Assembly (NCBI RefSeq): GCF_006345805.1
Contig: NC_042999.1
Span: 45,136,001-45,200,000, forward strand
DNA from: Octopus sinensis
Taxonomy: Eukaryota
Reading direction: 5' to 3'
Length of the DNA: 64,000 nt
Shown here one piece after another: positions 12,253-23,220 of the stretch. The notes beneath the pieces are model-generated. The model was given only the letters and a program-made list of their open reading frames with translations. It had not been told where the DNA came from and ran no database searches. Every line of letters starts with the position of its first letter. Within the stretch, counting starts at the first letter, position 1. The translations under genes were made by a program, and so were the position numbers.

Positions 12253-13069
12253 ATATATGTTTGCATGTGAAAGAAATGAAATACAATACTAGGAACTATA
12301 TGATGAGTGATTTGAACAGGGATCTTAAAGCAATCCCCTGATATTATGATGGCAAAAAATATTGCTCTCCTACTATCCAAAATATTTCTCAAAAATGTTA
12401 GAGACATAATTGATTTGACTTGCCTGGTCATTTACAACTACTAATGTTGCTGATGGGAATACTGCTGAAATCTATACTGAAAACAGTGACTGATAAAATA
12501 AACAGAAACAAGATGAATTTATTATAACAAATTGATAAGATGGTGGAGTATAAATCTGTAGCCGTGTGCAAATGTTAAGAAATCTTTACTTTGAATAGGA
12601 AAACCAAAGGAGTAACAGGAGGTGAGTGGAAATAAGCAAAATCACGGTAAAGAATATTGTAGTGAATACCTTGTGGTATTTAGAAACACTTCTTTCGAAA
12701 TTCTGTGTCAAATTTCGAATATAGATGTGTCATTGTGGTTGATATAACTTTTCATCCCTCTTGGGTGGAGCAGGCACTTATCATTGTAAACACATTGGGA
12801 GATCAACTCAATTGGTTATGTTCTGTCCTTACAAATCCGTGTCTTGTGCTATTGAGAGATGTCAGTCATTGTTATAAGAATCTAGAGTGGTCCCAAATAA
12901 ATAAAAATAATATATAAATAAAATCAAACAACAAGAAATATGACAATGGTAATTGCAAGAATTTTGTAATAACAAAAAGTGTTTCTTTGCCCCATGTGCT
13001 ACAACAAGAGAGTGCAAAGAGAGAAATAATATTATGTTTTTATTAAAAATGGAATTGGACATAATTATA

Positions 13070-13830
13070 CTTTGTGATAAGAATCACAACTGACACTTCA
13101 GAATATTTTGGGAGAAATCCTCTCACCTGTAAAAGGTGTAAAACTATAGTACCATATGCTCCAGTTTCTAAACTGACAGCTCAGGCAAAACACAGGTTGA
13201 AAATGTTGGACATACCTTTGCCTATAAATCTATGTCCCTGTACACAGCTAAAAAGCACTAGAGTGATGATTAAAAAACAATGGAAATGGTATAAATCTAC
13301 TGGTAGTTGTTACTTTTGTATTGTCATAAAGAAGAGTGACTAAAGCATGACTAACAAGAAGCAGCATATGGGGATGAGGTATCAAAATGGATTCACAAGG
13401 CTTAATGACCTGCTGAAAGGTGTGCAAAACCATATGAAATCTGTGCCTAATTAACCCTGTCAATACCAACCTGGCTGAAACCGCCTCTGGCTCTGTAGTA
13501 CAAATGTCTTGTTTTCATAGGTATTGAATTAAAATCTTCCACCAAACCTTAGTAACAGTTTATGTTCTTAACACTAGCTTAATGATAACTAAGTTATTTT
13601 ACTAAATTCTTTGTTAATTTTAAAATTGTTATATTTAAAATTAATTGAAAGAAACACAGAGCATCTCAAAATAAATTCGGTGATGAAAGAGTTAAAGGTG
13701 CTGAGACAAAGAGCATAAGATTGCTGATATGGAGCAAAAAAAAAACAACCTTGTTGCAATATTTGTTGTAGTAAGGATCACTTCAGAAAGTCTTGCTCTG
13801 AAAAACTAGAAAAAAACTAAGGAAACCCTA
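13070..13830 (+). pseudogene. Possible decayed hAT-like transposase C-terminus split by a MITE
   Basis: Degenerate peptides (..AET-KSIRLL.., QYLL*V-VKDH..) resemble the AERxIxL..QxLLQVVExHR motif of some hAT-type transposases. A hAT-like end GTTGCAAACCAATG at 13979-13992 abuts the site CTCTAAAG. Confidence 0.3.
13451..13695. mobile_element. TTAA-flanked MITE
   Basis: TTAACCCT...AAAGAGTTAA; a second copy lies at 32299-32526. Confidence 0.75.
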
Positions 13831-14000
13831 TAATAAATTTATAAGTGAATATTTTAAGAAATTGTATTGAAGAAATTATTAAAATATCTTGTGTATTGTA
13901 AAAGTATAACCAATTTATTGTACATAAATTTTAATGACAAAATCTTATATGAATCCCCCAAGGGTCATGTGAGCCCTAGTTGCAAACCAATGCTCTAAAG

Positions 14001-14176
14001 CAGGGGTAAGGGAACTTTTTTAACCAATTACCCCAAAATATATTTATTTATGCTGATGTTATCCCTTTGATTCAAAAGGAAGAAAATCATAGATAACAAA
14101 GAACATGTTTTTAAATATAATTTTACCTGTCTAATGAATTCTCATTACCCACAAGAATTTCACTTTTACCCAACTG
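14001..14176. mobile_element. hAT/Charlie-type MITE
   Basis: Starts CAGGGGTAA and ends TTACCCAACTG, with an 8-bp TSD CTCTAAAG/CACTAAAG. Confidence 0.7.
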
Positions 14177-14916
14177 CACTAAAGGAAAAGAAAGAAAAGT
14201 CCTCAAAAATGAAGTCGGCAATAAAAATGAGTAAGGAGGAACAATTTCTTCATTCAAAATGAATGGGAGGACAGAAAACTAAGATTCACTGTCCTTAGAA
14301 AATTAAACAGGCTATTGATTGATAAAATCCTACATCCATGGTGCAAGGGAATTTCTGAAGAAGTAAGACTAACAAAAGCACAGATAGGTTTAGAATTTAG
14401 TTAATATGTAAAAGATAGGTTATTAATAAAAACCAAATTCAGACATTATAATAAAATTATAATAAAAACCAAATTAAGACATTATAATAAAATTATAATA
14501 AAAACCAAATTAAGACATTATAATGAGTTAAAGTAATGAGTTACCCTGAAGCTATTGGTGTTTTTTTTCTTCTATCACAACTGACTCCAAAAATGCAAAC
14601 AAGCATTTTTGGGTACAAAAGAACAAGATGCCGAAATTGAACAGCAGCCAAGGTCATGGGATTTGTCAACATGACCTAACCAATAATGTTTAATTTTAAT
14701 TTTTTTTCTTATCATATCTTGTTTTAATTATTATGTGTTTATTATACATTTATATTTTTTTCCATGTAAAACAAATTGTGCTTTGAAAATGTTAATTCAT
14801 CCGTTCCTTTATATTGCATAATTTTTCACCTTCTTTCTTCATCTTTGCATAACCTATCCATCTGTATCTCTTTGAGTCCTTGTGACTAATAAAAAAATTA
14901 TTGTCATTATTATTAA

Positions 14917-14956
<40 letters not shown>

Positions 14957-14971
14957 GTTATTATTATTATT

Positions 14972-15420
14972 ACTTCCACCTTAGTAAAGATGGAGGTATT
15001 GTTTTTGCAGTTGTGCTTGTTTGTCTGTGGACAAGAAATCTCAAGAACTGCTGGATAGATTTGGATGAAACTTTCAGGGATGTTTGGCCTTGTAGCTGGC
15101 ATGAACTGATTAGATTTTGGGATCAATCCAGCACCAGACCAGGATTCTGGATTATTTGCTTCATTTATTTTAGTTTATAAGAAGTATTACGATCTTATGT
15201 TAACTTTCAAGCCTTTCTCTGATTATCTCCCTTGAAAGCAAACACATGGTTTCCACATAAGTTATGACAGCATTGCTGCTTCCAAAGTTTTATTTTTGTT
15301 TCTCTGTTATTAATTTTACTCGCATTTCTATCTTAGTAGAAACTGATGGATAAAGAAATCAAACTACATAAACAAATGGCAGCAAAACCATTCAGAAATT
15401 AAATAACACTAACATATTCA
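14972..15420. mobile_element. Non-autonomous DNA element, HINE/DINE-like architecture
   Basis: TTACTTCCACCTTAG..GGAGGTATTGTTTT..GTTTGTCTGT..GATTTGGATGAAACTT resembles the openings of widespread HINE-type elements; family assignment is by recall only. Confidence 0.4.
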
Positions 15421-15663
15421 ATAATAAATAAATTTAATTTATTCTTGACAATTTTTAGTTTTATTAATTTTGAATATATCACTCCTGTTTAAAACCGCTT
15501 ACCTACTTGACAAATGCATTTCTAGATCTGCTTTGAAGGAAGCTTTACTTATTGGACTCAAGTTTTTGTGGGCAACTATGTTGTTAAACCTCCATTAACA
15601 GCACCATATGTAGGTCCTTTCCATTTTTTCACACACAGATAAAATTTTCACTATTAGTTCTTA

Positions 15664-15729
<66 letters not shown>

Positions 15730-15741
15730 GAGTGAGAGAGC

Positions 15742-15799
<58 letters not shown>

Positions 15800-15804
<5 letters not shown>

Positions 15805-16075
15805 TTGCAAAGCTTCTAATGTTGGAGATGTATTACAGTGTCAGCTGTTCACTATCCAGTGAACTGTGGTAACACCCCTTATTTTTCGAGCACCATCCGG
15901 AATATTCAAACAGTTCCAATTAGTGCTGCTTTCTGCAAGTACTCCACCCTTATTGCAGCCCCTGTTTGTTCCATGTACTTCTCAGGATTTTTACTCACTG
16001 TTTCCAGGGCTCTGACAATTATTGGTACTACTACCACCTTTTTTCAGCAACTACAACTGCTTAACCTCCCAAGCT
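15800..16075 (-). mobile_element. R4/Dong-like RLE LINE 3' fragment with (TAA)n tail
   Basis: Minus-strand peptide KKVVVVPIIVRALETVSKNPEKYMEQTGAAIRVEYLQKAALIGTV matches the PIIVGALG..LQKxALLGT C-terminus. Confidence 0.8.
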
Positions 16076-16118
16076 AACCTCTTGTATCTATCAACTTTTC
16101 TTTCTTCCTTATCACATA

Positions 16119-16170
<52 letters not shown>

Positions 16171-17377
16171 CATTATTATTATTATTAAGGTGGTGAGCCA
16201 ACAGAATTGTTAGCACACTGGGAAAAATGCCCAGCAGCATATTGTTCATCTATATGTTCTTAGTTCATGCTTTGCTGAGTACTGGAGTGAATGTAATTGA
16301 CTTAATCCCTCACCCAAAATTGCTGGCCTTGAGTCAAAATTTGAAACCATTATTACTATTATTATTTTTATTGAGGTAAGTGCTCTCTCCCAGTGAATTT
16401 GTCAGAGAGCGGGCAACTGCAGCAAAAATAGTTAAGCTGAATGTACGCACAGTTAGCATGATGTATCTGCAGATGAGAGAGCAACGGTTAGGCCAGAACT
16501 TGTGTCCTTGATGGTCAGGGTAATCTTGAAACAGTGGGGTTTCCTGATCAGCCCTAGTTGGAGGCACACCTCTATCAGGATAATTACATCATGTTTTGTA
16601 TAGTATGTACACTTTTATCTCATTCCCCACCTCCCGTCCCCTTCTTCTCCTCATCTATGATATAAACCCTCACACAAATCGTAAACTGTCCTTGTAATGT
16701 CTCCCTCATCAGACACCCTTGTGGAAAATAAAAAATAAAAATTTTAATCATTATCATTATTGTATTGGAAAGTCAGAGTAACTGTTTATTAAATACATGT
16801 ACCACTGGCTTTATTCCGTTAACCAATTTGCAGAGTTAATAGCTTCAAAAGTCTTTTACAGCTTACACATACATACTCTTGTGTTAACTTGATAATCTTC
16901 TCTACTTTATCTGTCTGAACCCAGTAAATGATCATTCATATAGCTATCATCCATGGTCCTGCATTGATTCTTTAGATTGATTATGTGTCTGGCATCACAT
17001 ATAGCACTAATTCTTGTTCCCTCTCATATTTCCTTTCTCTCATAAACTTTCAGATTCATAACTAACGAAAAAGAAACAAAAAAAAAAGAAAAAAAAATTA
17101 ATTAAGTTTTCATTTGATATCAAAGTCATTTTTATCTAAGCAGACTGTTTATTTTTTTTCTTTTTCATTTTCTTTCCTTTTTATTTTATTTCTGAGACTC
17201 ATTTATTAATTGTATTTCTCTATATCCTTCTTTATTGAACTCTTTCTTTCTCTCTTTCTCTGTCTGTCTGTTTGCCTGTCTCTCTGTCCATCATTTCTCT
17301 ACAATTTATTTGATGTATCTTTCAACCAATTATTGTTGTTTTATATTTGCTTGTTTCTCTGTGTTTCTTTCTTTCAT

Positions 17378-17441
<64 letters not shown>

Positions 17442-17443
17442 TT

Positions 17444-17475
<32 letters not shown>

Positions 17476-17799
17476 TGAATTCATTTATTTATTTTCTTTA
17501 ATACTGAAGTGACATGTTTACTCTGTTTTATCACCTACGACCTCCAAAAACTGATTGATGGTCCACAATGTATGTACAGATTATACTTTAGATGATTTCA
17601 AGGTATTTAAGTCAGCCACTGAAGCACACAGCACTTATTAGATTAGATTAAGATAGTTCTTTTTTTTTAATAAAAGAAGTATTAGCATTGGCTATGGTTG
17701 GTAGAAAGAAACAATTTTCTTATAAGCATTATTATACACAATATTTCTTCTGCTTCTTTTAAATTAGTTTTGCAGCTGAGTTTAAACACACACACACAC

Positions 17800-17837
<38 letters not shown>

Positions 17838-17852
17838 AACACACACACACAC

Positions 17853-17883
<31 letters not shown>

Positions 17884-17923
17884 TATTTATTTTTTATTGA
17901 GTTTTAAAATATCTCTCTATATA

Positions 17924-18059
17924 GGTGTAAGAGTGGCTGTGTGGTAAGTAGCTTGCTTACAAACCACAAGGTTCCGGGTTCAGTCTCACTGCATGGCACC
18001 TCGGGCCAACCAAAGCCTTGTGAGTGGATCTGGTAGACAGAAACTGAAAGAAGCCTGTC

Positions 18060-18091
<32 letters not shown>

Positions 18092-18277
18092 ATGTTTGTG
18101 TGTCTGTGTTTGTCCCTCCAACATTGCTTGGCAAATGACGCTGGTATGTTTACGTCCCCGTAAGTACCAGGCTTACAAAGAATAAGTCCTTGGGTCATTT
18201 TGCTCGACTAAAGGCGGTGCTCCAGCATGGCCACAGTCAAATGACTGAAATAAGTAAAAGAGTAAAATAGTAAATAA
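17924..18277 (+). mobile_element. SINE family A
   Basis: Head, core, (TA)n and the 3' GGCGGTGCTCCAGCATGGCC motif. Other copies at 28003-28409, 28455-29022, 31040-31456, 42125-42612, 42772-43148 (all minus), 45649-46043 and 57479-57915 (plus). Confidence 0.9.
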
Positions 18278-19050
18278 GTGATGCACCTGATATTTATAAC
18301 CATACCTCCTTGGTCCTCCAGGGCCACAAACCACTGTACTAGCTGATCTGCATATATATGCTTTTGACAGTGTCCTTTCAAATGAACTCATAATGGTGGC
18401 TCTATAAAAAGGAGATGCACTGGTTTTTGGCTGTTCTTGTCATTTAACCTTTATCCCTATTATCAGCTCTGAAACAGCAGATGTATAACCGATCATTATA
18501 CTTCGTCTTAAATTCCTAGGATGTCAACCCTCTGGAATTCTCCCCCTGTTTATGTCATTATTGCAGGCATTCATTTACAAAGCTTCAACAGGAATATTTA
18601 TGGCATTATTTAGCTCCACTTAAATGTGGATGTTCTGTTTGAACAAACTTTACTGCTGTAGATACCAAGAGAGAAACTCTTTATATTGGGTTCTTTGTGT
18701 GAAATGCACTCTTAGTTATATTGCTAGTGAGGAGATACATCCCTGCCACCTCCAACGCCAAGACCACTAGATCATGTGATTTCGACCTTCCTTGGTTTCA
18801 TCAATGATAGGTGCTCGACCATTACAGATAACGGTGACTAATCTCTCCCACCAGGGATATATAGTAAAGCAGTGCCAGAACAGGAACTGGCATTGTGATT
18901 GGCCACTGAGCTCATTAAAAAATATATATGTTAGTGACAGAGGCAATAGTAATACAGAAAGGTAATGTTTATCCCTGCTTAAATGTGGATGTTCTGTTAG
19001 AACAAACTACACTGTGGTAGTTACCATGAGAGAAATTCTCAAATTGGTTA

Positions 19051-19281
19051 GGCGGTGAGTTGGCAGAAACATTAGCAGGCCAGGTGAAATGCTTAGTGGT
19101 ATTTCATCTGCTGCTACGTTCTGAGTTCAAATTCTGCCGAGGTCGACTTTGCCTTTCATCCTTTCAGGGTCGATTAAATATGTACCAGTTACACGCTGGG
19201 GTCGATATAATTGACTTAATCCATTTGTCTGTCGTTGTTTATCTCCTCTGTGTGTAACCCCTTGTAGGCAGTAAAGAAATA
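19051..19281 (+). mobile_element. SINE family B, full length with TSD
   Basis: TSD AGAAATTCTC at 19031-19040 and 19282-19291. Confidence 0.9.
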
Positions 19282-19317
19282 AGAAATTCTCATAGAGGAA
19301 TTTTGGTGCAAAATGCA

Positions 19318-19883
19318 AATTTTTTTATTACCCACAAGGGGCTATACAAAGAATGGGACAAATACAAAACGTGACAAACATAAACTCGAGGAACTTGAAA
19401 ATACAAAAAGACAATGAAATAAGAAGAAAAAATTGAAAGAAACGATTGAAAATATGAAAGTATATAAATGAGGTGCAATACCCACTCGACCCCCGAAGTC
19501 GAGTGGTTACATTTCAACAGTTTTTCTCTTTTCACAAAATGAATTTCTATTTCAATAGTCTTTTTTTTTTTCACAAAATTACATTAGAATTTTTCTTCTC
19601 AGTTTTTCGATATCAATTACAGGAGGTGGAATCTCATGCAACAAACACCATTTCACCATTTTTACATATTTAGCAAATCCATCCATGAATCTTTCATACT
19701 TCTCCCTGGATATCAAAATACCTCTCTCATCTGTATCAAAAATGTTTCCTGGTAGTTTCACTCTCACCTGTCCCTTCACTTTCACAATTTTTCTTTCCGC
19801 ATCCACACTTTATTCATATTGTTATAAAGGCACTCTCATATTTATATAGTTCCTTTTCTGTTTCCTCCTCTCTCTCTTGCATA
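19318..19883 (-). mobile_element. LINE 3' end (L1/Tx1-like), probable partner of SINE B
   Basis: ORF remnant 19579-19806 (..ERGILISREKYERFMDGFAKYVKMV..), a hairpin at 19482-19506, an A-rich tail, and a ~17-bp TSD TTTT(G/A)GTGCAAAA(A)TGCA. Confidence 0.5.
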
Positions 19884-20945
19884 TTTTAGTGCAAAAATGC
19901 ACTCTTGTTTATAAAGGCCCATCATCTCTGGTGCCAAGACCACAATATCACGTGATTTCAACCTTCCTTCATCTTGTCATTGATGGATGCTTGACCACTA
20001 TAGATAGCAGCGACTCATCTCCCTGCCAGTGATAGCATGGAAGAAAATCCTGTACTGGATTTTTGGTGCAAAATGCACTCTCATTTATATCACTAGCAGG
20101 GAGATAAACAGGCACTGGGCTCGACCCTCTTCCCTAAACCAAGCAAATAAAAAAAACAAAACAACAAAAAATAAAAAGTAAAGTTCATAAGAAGTTAGAT
20201 AAATGTATTATACAGTAGGAGAACCAACTACCAGTAGCTTATAGACTCTAAGTATAACTGTATTCATCTAAAAATTAAGTTTACAATTGTAAAGATATTA
20301 CTGTGATTGACAGCTGAAATACAAGCACATTATATAAATTTAAAGTTATGCAATAGTTATTTTTCTCTAACTTTCAGCAGCAACTTAAAATTATTGTCTG
20401 TTTATGAATTTGAAATTGTTTGTTTATGAATTTGAAATTGATAGAATTTTCTTATGTAAATATGAGATGTTTTAAGTTTCCTGAAGTTAAAACGCTTCTA
20501 AATAAATTCAATATAATACCATTAGTTAACCATTTTTGAAAATTGTCTTAAATTTTAATGTAAAATTCAAGACCACAGTGAGAAAGGAAGAATACATACA
20601 CAAGGAAATAGTATATAACACACACACACACAAAACATGCATCTATCTATCTATTTATATATCTATCTATCTACTTGTTCATCTGTCCATTTGACCAACC
20701 ATTCCTCCATCCATCTGTCTGTTTATTTATCCATCTGTCCATCGATCCATCAATCCATTGATCTATCTATCCATCCATTTGCCCATCCATCCATTTGCCC
20801 ATCCATCTGCCTGTCTGTTCAGTCATCCATTGGTTTGTCTGTCCATCTGCCTGTCTGTCTATCTGTCCATCCGTCCGTCCGACTGTCTGTCCACTTGCCT
20901 GCCTGTTTGCCTGCCTGCTGGTCCGTCCGTCTGTCTGTCCGTCCG

Positions 20946-21026
<81 letters not shown>

Positions 21027-21449
21027 ATCTATAGATATAGATATATATATATATAAAATATCAGTTAGTTGCAGATTATCACAGAATAGTTTTTCTTTCT
21101 GAGATTTCTCTCCTGGATGGATTGTCTTCACAACTGTGGAGGTATGTGGTTTATTGGTTAGGGTGTTGGACTCTTGATTGTAAAATTATGGTTTTGATTC
21201 CTGGACCGGGTGATGCATTGTGTTCTTGAGCAAAACACTTCATTTCACATTGCTCCAGTCCACTCAGCTGGCAACAAATGAGTAACTCTGCAATGGACCA
21301 GTGCCCCATCCAGGTGGAAAATATATACACCTGCCTCTATCTCTCTACCTCTTTGTCATAATCTAACTTTTCATCCTCTGATGCAAGTTCCCCTCTTCAA
21401 ATGCCCCTGCTCCTCTCATAATTCTTTGTCTTGTGAGTTACTCTGTTAC

Positions 21450-21760
21450 CCTGCCAGTGCTGGTACCACATTAAAAGCATCCAGTCCATACTGTAACGTG
21501 GTTGATGTTTGGAAGGGCATCCAACTGTAAAAATCATGCCAAAACTAACCTCACTTGTACTAGTGTCATATAAAAAAAGCTCTGAGTCTACTCTGCAGAG
21601 TGGTTAGTGTTAGGAAGGGCATCCATCTGTAAAATCCCTGCCAAAACAGACACAGTAGCTTAGGGTAGTTTTTCTATCTGGCTGGCTCCCGTCAACTATC
21701 CTACCCATGCACACGTGCTTGGAAGATGGACATTAAACAATGATGATGATAATGATGATA
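21450..21760 (+). mobile_element. Old RTE-family 3' end
   Basis: GGAAGGGCATCCA occurs twice; ends ACATTAAACAATGATGATG. Confidence 0.7.
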
Positions 21761-22354
21761 TCTGAGACCCCCTTTGGTCATGACACAGACCATGGGATTG
21801 CACCTAGAAAGTTACCCTCCCAGGCACAAGTCTGGGCAAGTTTGTTTATGGAAACCAGCAGTTGCCCATGCATACTGGCCTCCCCTCTCCATGCCACCAG
21901 TGTTATCCAAGGGAAAGGCAAAGGCCGATACAGCTTGGCACCTGTGACGTCGCAACTCATTTCTACTGCTGAGTGAACTGGAGCAACATGAAATAAAGTG
22001 TCTTGCTCAAGAACACAACATGCAGCCCGGTCTGGGATTCGAGCTCACAATCTCACGATCGTAAGCTCAATGCTCTAACACCACTGAGTCATGTGCCTTC
22101 ACTGATGATGATGATGATGATATATATATATATCATCATCATCATGATCATCGTTTAACGTCCGTTGTCCATGCTAGCATGGGTTGGACGGTTCGACCGG
22201 GGATCTGGAAAGCCAGAAGGCTGCACCAGGCTCCAGTCTTATCTGGCAGTGTTTCTACAGCTGGATGCCCTTCCTAACGCCAACCACTCCGTGAGTGTAG
22301 TGGGTGCTTTTTACGTGCCACCTGCACAGGTGCCAGTGGAGGCTGGCAACGGCC

Positions 22355-23137
22355 ACGGTCGGATTGGTGTATTTTATGTGACACCTGCACGGAAGCCAAA
22401 CGAGGGGGTGCTGGCATCGGCCACGAGTCGGATAGTGCTTTTTACGTACCACCAGACCAGGGATCCTGGCTGGTTCAATTCGATTTCGATTTCGCTTGCC
22501 CCAACATGTCTTCGCAAGCAAGGGGGTTGGCATGGGTGCCTGTCGTACGGTCAGATTGGTGTATTTTACGTGCCACCGGCACGGAAGCCAGTGGAGGCGG
22601 CGCTGGCATCGGCCACGAGTCGGATAGTGCTTTTTACGTACCACCAGACCAGGGATCCTGGCTGGTTCAATTCGATTTCGATTTCGTTTTCGCTTGCCCC
22701 AACATGTCTTCGCAAGCAAGGGGGTTGGCATGGGTGCCTGTCGTACGGTCAGATTGGTGTATTTTACGTGCCACCGGCACGGAAGCCAGTGGAGGCAGCG
22801 CTGGCATCGGCCACGAGTCGGATAGTGCTTTTTACGTACCACCAGACCAGGTATCCTGGCTGGTTCAATTCGATTTCGATTTCGTTTTCGCTTGCCCCAA
22901 CATGTCTTCGCAAGCAAGGGGGTTGGCATGGGTGCCTGTCGTACGGTCAGATTGGTGTATTTTACGTGCCACCGGCACGGAAGCCAGTGGAGGCAGTGCT
23001 GGCATCGGCCACGAGTCGGATAGTGCTTTTTACGTACCACCAGACCAGGGATCCTGGCTGGTTCAATTCGATTTTTCGATTTCGCTTGCCCCAACATGTC
23101 TTCGCAAGCAAAGGGGGTTGGCATGGGTGCCTGTCGT
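22355..23137. repeat. ~198-bp x ~4 tandem array inside the RTE 3' UTR
   Basis: AACATGTCTTCGCAAGC occurs at 22503, 22701, 22899 and 23093. Confidence 0.95.
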
Positions 23138-23220
23138 CAGATGAGGTTCTATATCGACTTCGCTTGCCTCAACAGGTCTTTGTGTCCAAGGGAGGGAAGG
23201 CATTCATAAGTGGGCTGGGC

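Larger units (their letters stand above)
18619..20110 (-). repeat. Interrupted tandem of a ~360-bp unit carrying a decayed hammerhead motif (retrozyme-like)
   Basis: CTTAAATGTGGATGTTCTGTT occurs at 18619 and 18978, and a third partial unit at ~20060. Hammerhead-like motifs at ~18764-18809 and ~19940-19986. Confidence 0.6.

Noticed and set aside
14428-14523. 36-bp x ~3 tandem (AATAAAAACCAAATTAAGACATTAT..) and similar short duplications at 20400, 35755, 43905 and 46139
   Set aside because: Ordinary local slippage duplications with no further structure.
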